DNA of 64,000 bases from an uncultured Gaiellales bacterium (GCA_964468985.1 CAYXXE010000001.1:4581-68580); one strand, 5' to 3'. Shown: positions 43,827 through 54,046, counted from the first letter of the stretch. Translations and numbers: made by a program. Notes: generated by a model not told the origin, from the letters alone.

Positions 43827-45696
43827 GCAGAACGGGCTCGATCAGCACGGCCTAGTAGTCGAGGGTCTTCGGGTCGACGCGATCGAAGCACACGTCGACA
43901 TCGTCTCCGAAGTCTCGTTCTCGGTGCCGCGCGGCGCGGCGCTAGGCATCGTCGGCGAGTCGGGAAGCGGTAAGACGACGGTCGCCATGGCCCTGCTCGG
44001 CTTCGCGCGCGCAGGGACGGAAATCGTCTCGGGCGAGGTGCAGGTCGGCCGCCACGACGTGCTCGGGCTCGAAAACGCGCCACTCCGGGACGTCCGTGGC
44101 CGCCTCATCTCGTACGTGCCCCAAAACCCGTCTCGCGCCCTCTCGCCCGCGATGCGCATCGGCGCACAGCTGACCGAGATGCTCAATGCGCACCGCCCCG
44201 ACCACACGGAACATCACGAGTTGCTCCGGCGTGCCTGGGCTGACGCCCAGCTGGAGGACGATCGTGAGCTCATGCGTCGCTATCCCCACCAGTTGAGTGG
44301 CGGCCAGCAGCAGCGGGTGGCGATCGCGATGGCGCTCGTCTGTGAGCCGTTAGTGGTCGTAATGGACGAGCCCACGACCGGGCTTGACGTGCTCACGCAG
44401 CAACGCCTGCTCAAGGTGATCAGCGGTCTGCGGGAACGGCGGCGGACGAGCATCGTCTACGTGAGCCACGACCTCGGAGTCGTGCGCAACCTCGTCGACC
44501 ATGTCGCGGTCATGTACGCCGGCAGGATTGTCGAGCACGCGCCCACCGACGCGCTGTTCCAGGACCCGCAGCACCCCTATACGCGGCGGCTGCTCGAAGC
44601 GATTCCGCGCGTCCGGCGCCGTACCGGGCGACTGCGCGGCATCGACGGCCACGCCGTGGAGCCGTGGAACCGCCCCGGGGGTTGCCCATTCGCGCCCCGC
44701 TGCGACTACCGGGTCGAGCGCTGCGATGTGGACATGCCACCCATCACTAGCGCCACCGGCATGCGCTCGGCGCGCTGCTGGCGCCTCCGCGAACTGCGAG
44801 CAGTCGAGCCAGCCACACCGACAGGGCGCAGACGCGCTGGGTCGGCTGGTGCGCCGTTGCTGAGCGTTCGCGGCCTCGTCGCCGGGTACGCCGTCGGCGG
44901 AGCGCGGTTCCGTGGCCGACGCGCCACGAAGATCGCCGTCGACGGGATTTCGTTCGATCTCGCACAGGGAAGCTGTCTGGCAGTCGTGGGGGAGAGCGGG
45001 AGCGGCAAGACGACCCTTGCCCGCTGTCTCGCCGGCCTGCACGAACCGACCGGCGGAGAGATCAACTTCGCCGGCGCGCGGCTCGAGCGAGCAGCGCGCC
45101 ATCGAGAGGCCGCTGTCAGGAGGCGCATCCAGATCGTCTTCCAGGACCCCGACGGCTCCCTCAACCCAAGCATGACCGTCGGTGAGATCGTCAGTCGTCC
45201 GCTGGATCAGTTCTTCCCGGGGGCGAAGGCCGACCAGCGAAGACGGGTCGGCGAGCTTCTGGAACGCGTCCGTCTCTCGCCGTCGATAGCCTCGCGGATG
45301 CCACGCGACCTGAGTGGTGGCGAGAAGCAGCGCGTAGCGATCGCCCGCGCGATCGCCCCACAGCCCGACCTCCTCATCTGCGACGAGGTCACGTCCGCAC
45401 TCGACGTAGCAGTGCAGGCCAGCATCCTCGAACTTCTCGATGATCTCCGGCTGTCGGCCGGCATGTCGCTCGTCTTCGTCACCCACGACCTCGCGGTCGT
45501 GCGCACGATCGCCGACTCTGTGCTCGTCATGAGCGGAGGCCGGCTCTGCGAGTTCCGCGAGAGCGAGGCGCTCTTTACAAACCCTTCGGACGACTACACC
45601 AGACAGCTCCTGAACGCCGCACCCGACCTCAACGACGGTGACTACCCCGGATGGGCAGCCGCCGGAAGTCACGAACTGGAAGGAACGCTCGCGTGA
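43816..45696 (+). CDS. fused double ABC ATPase (DppD-DppF in one 626-aa chain)
   Basis: Two Walker A sites (GESGSGKTT twice), two signatures (LSGGQQQR, LSGGEKQR), and the oligopeptide-type C-terminal segment PQHPYTRRLL. Confidence 0.9.
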   Translation: MLSEQNGLDQHGLVVEGLRVDAIEAHVDIVSEVSFSVPRGAALGIVGESGSGKTTVAMALLGFARAGTEIVSGEVQVGRHDVLGLENAPLRDVRGRLISYVPQNPSRALSPAMRIGAQLTEMLNAHRPDHTEHHELLRRAWADAQLEDDRELMRRYPHQLSGGQQQRVAIAMALVCEPLVVVMDEPTTGLDVLTQQRLLKVISGLRERRRTSIVYVSHDLGVVRNLVDHVAVMYAGRIVEHAPTDALFQDPQHPYTRRLLEAIPRVRRRTGRLRGIDGHAVEPWNRPGGCPFAPRCDYRVERCDVDMPPITSATGMRSARCWRLRELRAVEPATPTGRRRAGSAGAPLLSVRGLVAGYAVGGARFRGRRATKIAVDGISFDLAQGSCLAVVGESGSGKTTLARCLAGLHEPTGGEINFAGARLERAARHREAAVRRRIQIVFQDPDGSLNPSMTVGEIVSRPLDQFFPGAKADQRRRVGELLERVRLSPSIASRMPRDLSGGEKQRVAIARAIAPQPDLLICDEVTSALDVAVQASILELLDDLRLSAGMSLVFVTHDLAVVRTIADSVLVMSGGRLCEFRESEALFTNPSDDYTRQLLNAAPDLNDGDYPGWAAAGSHELEGTLA

Positions 45697-46883
45697 CAGA
45701 ACGCAACTTCAAGCACGAGCCCGCAACGAGCGGGCTGCGGATCAGCTCGGTCGAGACATTTCTCGTAGCGCCCCAGTGGCTCTTCGTTCGCATTCGCACC
45801 GACGCCGGCATCACCGGCTGGGGCGAAGCCGGGGTGCAGATGCGTGCACGCTCGGTGCAGGCCGCGATCGGGCATTTCGTCGATTACCTCGTCGGCAGCG
45901 ATCCGTTGCGCATCGAGGAGCATTGGCATGTCCTGCGTCGTTCGGGCTTCTATCGCGACGGGGCGATTCTCTCGAGCGCGCTCGCGGCAGTAGACGAGGC
46001 TCTCTGGGACATCGCGGGCAAGTACTACGGCGTGCCCATCCATCAACTTCTCGGAGGGCCTGTCCGCGACCGTGTCCGGGCGTACGCCTGGATCGGAGGC
46101 GACGACCTCTGCGACTTCAGCGAGGCTGAGATCGTTGAGGAGACGCAGCAGCGCATCGGCGAGGGCTTCTCCGCGTTCAAGCTCACGCCCGCGAAGGCAT
46201 TCGCGATCGACACCCCTGCAGCCGGGCACGAGGTCGTCTCCCGCATCGCGGCGCTCCGGGACGCCGTTGGGCCAGAACGAGATATCGCGCTCGACGTGCA
46301 CGGCCACTGGACGAACGCGAATGCGAAGCGGATGCTTCCCCTGCTCGAGCCCTACGAGCTGTTGTTTGTCGAGGAGCCGCTCCTGCCAGAGCATCTCCAC
46401 CTCCTGCGCGACCTGGCGGCATCGACGAGCCTACCGCTCGCGACGGGCGAACGGCTCTACAGCCGCTGGGACTTCCGCGAGGTTCTCACATCCGGCTTGG
46501 CCGTTGCTCAGCCAGATGTCTCGCAGGCCGGCGGCATATCCGAGACGCGGAGAATTGCGGCGATGGCCGAGGTCTACGACGTCACCGTCGCCCCCCATTG
46601 CCCGCTTGGCCCGATCGCGCTGGCCGCGTCGCTGCAGATCGACTTCGCGACACCGAATATCCTCATCCAGGAACAGTCGATCTCCCATTTCGGAGACGCA
46701 TTCCTCGACTACCTCGTCGACCGGTCCGTCTTCGAGCTGCGCGACGGCCATTTCCAACGCCCAACGGGACCAGGTCTCGGCATCGAGGTCGACGAACGAG
46801 CAGTCGAGGAGGCGGGCAGGCTCGGGCATGATCGCCAGAACCCGATTTGGCGTCACAGTGACGGCTCCTACGCCGAGTTCTAA
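45693..46883 (+). CDS. enolase-superfamily dehydratase, D-galactonate-dehydratase-like
   Basis: GTGA overlap with the ATPase stop. ISSVETFLVAPQWLFVRIRTDAGITGWGEAG resembles the DgoD N-terminus. Also ALDVHG, FVEEP and the ligand region around LATGERL. Confidence 0.82.
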   Translation: MTERNFKHEPATSGLRISSVETFLVAPQWLFVRIRTDAGITGWGEAGVQMRARSVQAAIGHFVDYLVGSDPLRIEEHWHVLRRSGFYRDGAILSSALAAVDEALWDIAGKYYGVPIHQLLGGPVRDRVRAYAWIGGDDLCDFSEAEIVEETQQRIGEGFSAFKLTPAKAFAIDTPAAGHEVVSRIAALRDAVGPERDIALDVHGHWTNANAKRMLPLLEPYELLFVEEPLLPEHLHLLRDLAASTSLPLATGERLYSRWDFREVLTSGLAVAQPDVSQAGGISETRRIAAMAEVYDVTVAPHCPLGPIALAASLQIDFATPNILIQEQSISHFGDAFLDYLVDRSVFELRDGHFQRPTGPGLGIEVDERAVEEAGRLGHDRQNPIWRHSDGSYAEF

Positions 46884-46945
46884 CGATCGTGAGCAACGCC
46901 CCCGGCGCCTGCCGGAATCGATGCGACCCCGTGTCGTTCACCTGA

Positions 46946-48181
46946 ATGACGGAACCTCTTGCCGACGATCGTCAGGATCGCGCCTCGGCGCGGCGCGGTC
47001 TGTTCGTCGTCGTTTCGGCATACGCGATCGTCTTCGCAGCGGAGCTGCCCTACCAGGCGGTGCTCCCGCTCCTACCGACGCTGGCTCACTCTCTTGTGCT
47101 TTCGAAGATCGAGACGAGTGCACTGGTAGCGGCGCCCCCGGCGGGCGTTCTCGCAGCGTCTCTGCCGATCGCCCGAGTCGCTGAACGCTGCGGTACAAGA
47201 CCAGTCGTCCTCGCCGCCGGCCTGGGAGTCGTCGTGACGTCCCTCGCCCAGGCGGCCGCGAGAGGATTTTGGGAGTTGCTTGCTGCACGAATCGTCCTTG
47301 GCTTCGCGCACGCGGGAGTTTGGATCGCAGCGCCGGTATTGATCGCAGGCGCGGCAAGCGATGCCCGTCGAGTCTCTGCGATCGCGGCGAACATGTCGGT
47401 AGGTGCGCTGGGCGCCATCGTTGGGCCGGCGATGGGAGGTTTTGTCGGGGAACGGTACGGCGTTCGGGCTCCCTTTGCGGTCGCGGCGGTTGTCGGCTTG
47501 GCCGCGTTAGCGGCCTTCGTCTTCGCCGTGCGTGGCGGCACAGGCGGACGCGGCGAAAGCTTGCCGGGTTCCGCGCCTCGCGCAACGTCGGCGTTCCGGC
47601 TGCTCGCCGTCCCACGCGTGCGTGCTGCGGTGGCTCTCACGCTCCTCGCAGCACTCGTCGGAAACGTGATCAGCTTCCTGGTCGCACTACGCCTCGGCTC
47701 AAACGGAGTCTCACCCTCCACCATCGGCGTCGTCTTTGCCTCCGCTTCAGCCGTCCTGCTGCTCGGCAGCGTTGGTGTCGTGATCCTGGGCTCGAAGGTT
47801 GTCGGAGTCGGGGTGGGCATAGCCACCGCGGCCGTCCTGGCAGGATCGATCATCGTCGTCATCGTCTCGCACGCGACCGGCCCTGTGATCGCGTTCACGA
47901 TTGCCAAGTCCCTCTTTGTCGCCATCGTCTACACGATCGCCTATCCGATCGCCGCAGGATCCGGGGGCCTAGGTGCGGCCGGGGCTCTCGGATTGGTTTC
48001 AGTTGCCTGGGGCGTTGGGGCGATCTGCGGCCCTCTTGCCGCAGGCGCACTCCTAGGCCCCTTCGGCGAACGTGCAACCTACGGGGTCTTCCTCGTCGTC
48101 GCGCTTGCGATTGTGGGTGCAACGATAGTCGACTGGCTCGGCGGTCCCAGATTCGGCGTTGGGCTAGGCGAGGAGAGTTGA
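46946..48181 (+). CDS. MFS transporter
   Basis: 411 aa and highly hydrophobic with about 12 predicted helices by eye. Loop-like segment LPIARVAERCGTRPVV. Confidence 0.82.
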   Translation: MTEPLADDRQDRASARRGLFVVVSAYAIVFAAELPYQAVLPLLPTLAHSLVLSKIETSALVAAPPAGVLAASLPIARVAERCGTRPVVLAAGLGVVVTSLAQAAARGFWELLAARIVLGFAHAGVWIAAPVLIAGAASDARRVSAIAANMSVGALGAIVGPAMGGFVGERYGVRAPFAVAAVVGLAALAAFVFAVRGGTGGRGESLPGSAPRATSAFRLLAVPRVRAAVALTLLAALVGNVISFLVALRLGSNGVSPSTIGVVFASASAVLLLGSVGVVILGSKVVGVGVGIATAAVLAGSIIVVIVSHATGPVIAFTIAKSLFVAIVYTIAYPIAAGSGGLGAAGALGLVSVAWGVGAICGPLAAGALLGPFGERATYGVFLVVALAIVGATIVDWLGGPRFGVGLGEES

Positions 48182-49125
48182 CTTCCTCGAACCCCCGCAG
48201 TATCGGCGCTCGCGCGGCGATCCGTGTATGGATTGAGGCAGGGCATCGGCGCCATTCCGCGATCGCAGCGGCGGTGCGGCTCGGAGGTGGCGAGGTTGTC
48301 TCTCTCGATCGGGCTGAAGCGATCATCTGGGCCGATGATCGTCCGGCGGATCTTCGGGCCGTGCTCCACCGGGGCATCAAGTGGGTGCAACTGTCCTCAG
48401 CGGGGATCGAAGACTGGCTTGCTGCCGGTGTCATCGACGATCGGCGCCGATGGACCGCCGCAACTGGCGTTTACGCGCGCCCGATCGCCGAGTACTTGAT
48501 CGCCGCCATTCTTGCTGCGGCAAGAAGGCTCCCGCTGCATGTCAACTCGCGGAACTGGAAGTCGCTCGAGGCCCAGACCCTTGACGGAGCGACAGTGGGG
48601 ATCATCGGCGCCGGGGGGATCGGCTCGGCGCTGATCAAGTTGCTCCAGCCATTCGACGCAAGGACGATCGCGGTGACGAGGACGGGCCGACGCGTTCCCG
48701 GCGCTGATACATCTCTCGGCCCGGACGACATCGACATCGTCGTCGCGGCAAGCGACTTCCTCGTTCTCGCTGCTCCCGACACCGGCGCAACCCGGGGCAT
48801 GCTTGGTGCAGCGCGCCTTGCCAAGATGCGCCCCGACGCGTGGCTCATCAATGTCGGGAGAGGAACCGCCGTCGATACCGCGGCCTTGGTGGCCGCGCTC
48901 GAGCGAGGGCAGATCGGCGGCGCCATCCTCGACGTGACCGATCCGGAACCACTTCCCGATGACCATCCGCTCTGGCGGCTCCCCAACGCCGTCATCACCG
49001 CGCACACAGCCAGCACCCCCGCCCTCGGCGCCAAGGCGCTCACCGACCGGGTCGAGGAGAACGTCCGACGCTTCCGGTCGGGTGAACCCCTTCTCGGTCA
49101 GATCGAACTCAGCCGTGGGTACTAG
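48178..49125 (+). CDS. D-isomer-specific 2-hydroxyacid dehydrogenase family protein
   Basis: The TTG at 48178 overlaps the MFS stop (TTGA). Motifs: TVGIIGAGGIGSAL (NAD fold), LINVGRGTAVD, ILDVTDPEPLP, AVITAHTAS. Confidence 0.85.
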   Translation: MTSSNPRSIGARAAIRVWIEAGHRRHSAIAAAVRLGGGEVVSLDRAEAIIWADDRPADLRAVLHRGIKWVQLSSAGIEDWLAAGVIDDRRRWTAATGVYARPIAEYLIAAILAAARRLPLHVNSRNWKSLEAQTLDGATVGIIGAGGIGSALIKLLQPFDARTIAVTRTGRRVPGADTSLGPDDIDIVVAASDFLVLAAPDTGATRGMLGAARLAKMRPDAWLINVGRGTAVDTAALVAALERGQIGGAILDVTDPEPLPDDHPLWRLPNAVITAHTASTPALGAKALTDRVEENVRRFRSGEPLLGQIELSRGY

Positions 49126-49139
49126 ACGCGTCGGCGCTG

Positions 49140-50009
49140 TTATCCGTTCGAGTGTGCGAGGCGCTCGAGCGGGACGCTCACCAAGATCAGGACCCCGCCG
49201 AGTATCTCGACTGCGGTCAGGTGTTCGGAGAGAAGGATCAGGGCGACAATGACGGCGAGAAAGGGTTCGAGGTTCGCGAATAGAGAGGCACGGGCCGGCC
49301 CCACCTTTCCGATCGCGCTGTACCAAAGGATGTTGGTCAGGAAGAGCGGGCCGACCACGGCGAAGCCGAGGATGACCCAGACGGCTGTCGGAAGCGTCCA
49401 GGATTGGTGTGAGACTTGTGTTGCGCTTGTTGCGATGAGGGGGATCGCGCCGACCGTGAGCACGAGCGCTGAGATGCGGTAGGGGGAGTAACGACGCATC
49501 AGCGGCGCTACGAGGACGGAGTACGCGGCCCAGGTCATCGCGCACGACAGCGCGAGGAGGTCACCTTCGAGGTTCGACGAGACGCCGCTGCTGGCGATGA
49601 GGGCGACGCCGCCCATCGACAGCGCCGCCGCCCCCCAGAAGGCAGGCGTTGGCCGGCCCAGCCCGATGGCGGCGGCGAGGATCCCCGTGAAGACGGGGGT
49701 CGATCCGAAGATCAGGGCCACAGTCGAGGCGCTCGTGAGATGGACCGAGCTTACGAATGCGACCTGGTTGAGATAGAGGATCAGTCCTGCGGCGATGACT
49801 GCGAACACGTCCCGCCCTCGTACTCGGAGCGATCTCTCGAGCCCGAACGCGAATGCTGCCGCCAGGAGGGCGGCGGCGGTGTAGCGAGTCGCGCCGTAGG
49901 CAAGCGGTCGAAAGCCGTGGGTGAGGACGTAGCGGGTGGCGGTGATGTTGAGTGCCCAGAGGAGAACGGTTCCCAGCAATTGAACATCGACGATCGCCGA
50001 CCGACCCAT
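49140..50009 (-). CDS. EamA/DMT family transporter
   Basis: The hydrophobic 289-aa core starts at ATG 50009 (LLGTVLLWALNITATRYVL). The tracked GTG at 50180 would add a 57-aa low-complexity extension, but it makes a GTGA overlap with the upstream ATPase stop, so it cannot be excluded. Confidence 0.78.
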   Translation of the reverse strand: MGRSAIVDVQLLGTVLLWALNITATRYVLTHGFRPLAYGATRYTAAALLAAAFAFGLERSLRVRGRDVFAVIAAGLILYLNQVAFVSSVHLTSASTVALIFGSTPVFTGILAAAIGLGRPTPAFWGAAALSMGGVALIASSGVSSNLEGDLLALSCAMTWAAYSVLVAPLMRRYSPYRISALVLTVGAIPLIATSATQVSHQSWTLPTAVWVILGFAVVGPLFLTNILWYSAIGKVGPARASLFANLEPFLAVIVALILLSEHLTAVEILGGVLILVSVPLERLAHSNG

Positions 50010-50176
50010 CCGTGGAGGTGGTCCAGGACGACCTCCGTTGCCGGAGTTCGCCGCGCCGTTCGGCGAGGCCTTGTTGCATGGGGGTTCGTCGCTGGGCTGC
50101 CCCACTCTGGAAGAGAGATGTGCGCGGGCAGTCGGAATGAGCCGTGCGTCGCCGGCGGGCTCCGGCCGCCGCTCCG

Positions 50177-52228
50177 TCACGCCGACGCTTTGTTCGTTTC
50201 GGAGATGACGTCGAGGTGGAAGTGGCAGGCGCTGGATCTCGTGGGCGAGACGTCATAGAGCGGCGGTGACTCAGCGAGGCATTTGTCCCTCGTGTAGGGA
50301 CAGCGGGATGCGAAGGAGCACCCGGCGATCCGGCCGGTGGCGGATGGGGGCTCGCCGGCGAGTGTGGGGGCGAGTTGGCCGGGTTCGGTTGTTGGGATGG
50401 CCGCGATCAGGCCCTGGGTGTATGGGTGGGCTGGGTTCGCGAAGATCTCGTCGACGGGGCCTTGCTCGACGATCCGTCCTCGGTACATGACTGCGACGTC
50501 GGTTGCGATGCGGCGCGCGACGGCGAGGTCGTGGGTGACGATGAGGAGTGCGACTCCGAGGTTCTCGCGGAGCGATTCGAGTAGTTCGAGGACACGGATG
50601 ACGAGGGATGCGTCGAGTGCGCTGACGGGCTCGTCGCAGATCAGGATGCTCGGCTCTGACGCCAGCGCCCGGGCGATGGCCGCCCGCTGGCGTTGACCGC
50701 CGGAAAGGTCCCGCGGCTTTGCCGATGCGGCGCGGGCGTCGAGGCCGACGAGTGCGAGGAGCTCGTTGATTCGGGTTCGCCGCTCGCTGCGTTGGATGCC
50801 GCGCTGTTGGAGGCGCTCTTCGATCTGGGAGCCGATCCGGAGCCAGGGCGTCAGGGAGCTTCCGGCGTCCTGGAAGACGAGTTGGGGGCGTCCGGCGCTC
50901 GCCATCGAGTGCACCGTTCCGGAATCGGGCCGGATGAGGCCTGCTGCGATCCGCAGCGTCGTCGTCTTGCCGCACCCGCTTTCGCCGACGAGTGCCACGG
51001 CGCCCCGCTCGGGAACGGTGAGCGAGACGTCGTCGACGGCGTGGAGCTCGCGGCGGCTGAGCCCGAACGTGCCTTCGCGTATCGCGAACGTCTTCGACAC
51101 GTGACGAAGTTCGAGTACCGGCTCGGGTGCCTGACCCTCTGGATCACGCGCCCGCGCGCTTGGCGGGACAATCGCCGGCCGGACGCTGGAAGCCTCGACT
51201 GGGTGGAAGCAGGCGACGCCACCCGATGCGGGGAGGGCAGAGCGGGGCGTCAACTTCGGGTGCCGGGCGGCACAGTCGTCCGTTGCGTTCGAGCAGCGCG
51301 TGAGGTAGGCGCAACCTTCTCGTTGCTCGCGCGGGTCGGGTGGGTCGCCGGTGATCGATTTGGCATAGATGTCGTTGATCGAGAGCCGGGCATTCAGGAG
51401 GTCGCGGGTGTAGGGGTGCCGTGGATGCTTGAGGACGTCAGCAGCAGGGCCGATTTCTCGAATCCGTCCCGCGTAGAAGACGGCGATCCGATCGGCGATC
51501 GAGGCTGCGACTCCGAGGTCGTGGGTGATCAGCACGACAGAGCAGCCGACGTCCTGGCGGATTCGGTCGAAGAGCAGAACGACCTGAGCCTGGACGCTGA
51601 CGTCGAGGGCGGTGGTCGGTTCGTCGGCGACGATCAGCCGCGGGCTCCCACGTTCGCCCGCGAAGACCGCGTCGACATGCAGCTGCGTCGGATCGGCCTG
51701 GGCGGAGGGGACACCGATCGCCATCGAGATCATCGCGCGCTGCCTGAGTCCGCCTGAGAGCTCGTGTGGAAATTGGTGGAACCGCCGTTCCGGCTCGGGG
51801 ATGCCGGCTTCACCGAGGTTCGCCTGAGCCGTAGCTTCCGAGATTCCACGCTCCATGAGCTGGTCTCCGATTCGCATTGTCGGATTCAGCGACGTGAGCG
51901 GGTCCTGAAAGACGGCCCCGAGCCAGCGGCGGCGTACCTCGCGTTCCCGTCGAGCTTCGCCGCCGAGCATGTCGACGCCGGCGACGAGGACTGATCCGCT
52001 GACGGCGGGCGCCGGCGTCTTCGGCAGGAGGCCGAGTAGGGAGAGGCCGAACATCGTCTTGCCTGATCCTGACTCGCCGACGATGGCGATGATCTCGCCC
52101 CGGGCGATGTCGAGCGAGACGCCGCGCAGCGCCTGGACGTCGCCGCCTGGTGTCGGAAACGAGATGTGCAGATCCTTGACCTGGGCGACGATTTCGTCGG
52201 CGGGATGTGTCTTGGCCGCGTCGCTCAT
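50177..52228 (-). CDS. fused double ABC ATPase (DppD-DppF type, 683 aa)
   Basis: ATG at 52228 makes an ATGA overlap with the permease stop. Motifs: two Walker A sites (GESGSGKTM, GESGCGKTT), LSGGLRQR and LSGGQRQR, and HPYTRDLL and HPYTQGLI tails. Confidence 0.9.
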   Translation of the reverse strand: MSDAAKTHPADEIVAQVKDLHISFPTPGGDVQALRGVSLDIARGEIIAIVGESGSGKTMFGLSLLGLLPKTPAPAVSGSVLVAGVDMLGGEARREREVRRRWLGAVFQDPLTSLNPTMRIGDQLMERGISEATAQANLGEAGIPEPERRFHQFPHELSGGLRQRAMISMAIGVPSAQADPTQLHVDAVFAGERGSPRLIVADEPTTALDVSVQAQVVLLFDRIRQDVGCSVVLITHDLGVAASIADRIAVFYAGRIREIGPAADVLKHPRHPYTRDLLNARLSINDIYAKSITGDPPDPREQREGCAYLTRCSNATDDCAARHPKLTPRSALPASGGVACFHPVEASSVRPAIVPPSARARDPEGQAPEPVLELRHVSKTFAIREGTFGLSRRELHAVDDVSLTVPERGAVALVGESGCGKTTTLRIAAGLIRPDSGTVHSMASAGRPQLVFQDAGSSLTPWLRIGSQIEERLQQRGIQRSERRTRINELLALVGLDARAASAKPRDLSGGQRQRAAIARALASEPSILICDEPVSALDASLVIRVLELLESLRENLGVALLIVTHDLAVARRIATDVAVMYRGRIVEQGPVDEIFANPAHPYTQGLIAAIPTTEPGQLAPTLAGEPPSATGRIAGCSFASRCPYTRDKCLAESPPLYDVSPTRSSACHFHLDVISETNKASA

Positions 52229-53226
52229 GTGTGATCCCTGAGTCGCGGGTCTGCGATCAATTGCAGGATGTCGACGACGGCGTTGACCACGACGTAGACG
52301 ACACCGAACACCAAGGTGACGCCCATGACGGCAGGGAAGTCGTCGAATTGCAGCGCGGATGCGGTGTAGCTGCCGAGGCCAGGCCAGGCGAACACCGTTT
52401 CGACGACGATGACGCCGGTGAGCAACAGCCCGACCTGGAGGCCGGTCATCGCGAGTACTGGGGTGAGCGTGTTGCGAAGCGCATGCTTGAGCAGGACGCG
52501 AACCTCTGCCAGCCCTTTTGAGCGTGCGGTGCGGATGTGGTCGAGCCGCATGGTGTCGATCAGCGCGCCGCGCATCACCCGTGCGATCGAGACTGCGGGG
52601 CCGAGCGCGATTACGAGGCTGGGCAGGATCAGGTGTGTGACGGCGTCCCAGGCGACATGCAGGTTCCCTCGCAGCAGGGCATCGACGAGGAGGAAGCCGG
52701 TGATCTTCTTGACCGGATCGAGGTTGGTGCTCTCGCTCGAAGCGGGTAGCCAGTGGAGGTGGCTGTAGAAGAGGAGGATGAAGAGGATCGCGAGGAAGAA
52801 CGACGGCGCAGAGGCGAGCGCCAGCATGAAGAGACGTGCAAAGCCGGACCCGTAGCGTCGCAGCGCCGACCAGACGCCGAGACCGAGTGAGAACATGAAG
52901 ATCCAGATTGCGCTCGCGAGAGCGAGCTCGGCGGTAGCCGGCGCGAAGTGCGCGATGTCGCCGGCGACCGAGCTGCGGGTGCGTAGTGAGGTGCCCAGGT
53001 TGCCATGGACAAGTCGCTGAAGGAAGCGTTCGTACTGGATCCACAGGGGCTTGTCGTAGCCGAGCTCGTGTCGCTTCTCGGCGATCAGCTGAGGGGTCGC
53101 CCCGCCGCCGAGGGTGACGGCTACGGGGTCTGCCGGAAGCTTCGCCTGGATCACGAAGACGGCGAGCGTCAGCAACAGGAGCACGACGAACATCCCGACG
53201 ATGCGAAAGCCGATCAGCCTGAGCAC
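52225..53226 (-). CDS. ABC transporter permease (DppB-like)
   Basis: MLRLIGFRIVGMFVVLLLLTLAVFVIQAKLPADP is a DppB-type N-terminus. 333 aa. Confidence 0.9.
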   Translation of the reverse strand: MLRLIGFRIVGMFVVLLLLTLAVFVIQAKLPADPVAVTLGGGATPQLIAEKRHELGYDKPLWIQYERFLQRLVHGNLGTSLRTRSSVAGDIAHFAPATAELALASAIWIFMFSLGLGVWSALRRYGSGFARLFMLALASAPSFFLAILFILLFYSHLHWLPASSESTNLDPVKKITGFLLVDALLRGNLHVAWDAVTHLILPSLVIALGPAVSIARVMRGALIDTMRLDHIRTARSKGLAEVRVLLKHALRNTLTPVLAMTGLQVGLLLTGVIVVETVFAWPGLGSYTASALQFDDFPAVMGVTLVFGVVYVVVNAVVDILQLIADPRLRDHT

Positions 53227-53227
53227 G

Positions 53228-54046
53228 TCAACCTCCGATCAGATCTCGGATTGCGTCCCCCGCGAGATTGCCGAGGAAGGCGAGTGCGAAGACTCCGGCG
53301 GCGGGGGCAACGGCGACCCACCAGCTCGTGAAGAGGTAGGTGAGTCCGAGCGCGGTCATCGCGCCGAGTTCCGGGGCCGGCTCGGGCGAGCCGAGGCCGA
53401 GGAAGGAGAGGGCCGCGAGGAGCAGGACGAGATTCCCCACGTCGAGTGACGCTCCGACCACGATGGGGCTCCATGCGCCGGGTAGTACATGGCGGAGCGC
53501 CACGCGGAGCCGTCCGGCTCCGCCGAGGCGAGCCGCCTCGACGTGTGGAAGAACCACGATGGCACGCACCTGGCCACGCACGATTCGCGCGTAGTAGGGC
53601 CACCAGATGACGCTGATCCCGATCAGCGTATTCGTGAGCCCGGGTCCGAGTGCTGCAACGATCGCGAGCACGAGGAGCGGGCCGGGTAGCGCAAGGAACA
53701 GATCCGTCAGGCGCATCAGGACGGCGTCGAGGAGACCGCCGGCGATGCCGGCGACGAGACCGATGACTCCGCCGACCAGGACGCCGGACGCGATTACTGC
53801 CGCGGCCGCCCAAAGACTGGTTCGCATTCCGTAGACGACCCGGGTGAAGACGTCGCGACCCTGCTCGTCGGTACCGAGCAGATGGGCACCGCTCGGGTGT
53901 TTCAGTGGGACATCGACGAGGTCGAGCGGACCGTGCTTGAGCAGCAGCGGTAGGACTGCGACGGTCGCCACCACGATGGCCGCGGCGATGATCGCTGCGA
54001 GCTCGAGCCGCCCGACGGTGTTCAGTCGTCCCGCGGCGCGACGCAC
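53228..54046 (-). CDS. ABC transporter permease (DppC-like)
   Basis: HLLGTDEQGRDVFTRVVYGMRTS is a DppC-type motif. 272 aa. It lies upstream of the DppB-like gene, which is an unusual order. Confidence 0.9.
   Translation of the reverse strand: MRRAAGRLNTVGRLELAAIIAAAIVVATVAVLPLLLKHGPLDLVDVPLKHPSGAHLLGTDEQGRDVFTRVVYGMRTSLWAAAAVIASGVLVGGVIGLVAGIAGGLLDAVLMRLTDLFLALPGPLLVLAIVAALGPGLTNTLIGISVIWWPYYARIVRGQVRAIVVLPHVEAARLGGAGRLRVALRHVLPGAWSPIVVGASLDVGNLVLLLAALSFLGLGSPEPAPELGAMTALGLTYLFTSWWVAVAPAAGVFALAFLGNLAGDAIRDLIGG

Noticed and set aside
47269-48177. N-terminal 303 codons of ORF 47269-49125
   Set aside because: It overlaps the MFS transporter gene out of frame. Dehydrogenase-like sequence only begins after the TTG at 48178, which makes a TTGA overlap with the MFS stop.
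50010-50180. 57-codon N-terminal extension of the EamA transporter
   Set aside because: It is low-complexity and Pro/Gly-rich, and it is not needed for the 10-helix core. I kept it as an alternative only because its GTG makes a GTGA overlap with the upstream ATPase stop.
52229-53044. N-terminal 272 codons of the 955-aa minus-strand ORF 50177-53044
   Set aside because: Arg/Pro-rich, and it overlaps the well-supported DppB-like permease gene in another frame. The ATPase starts convincingly at ATG 52228 with an ATGA overlap.
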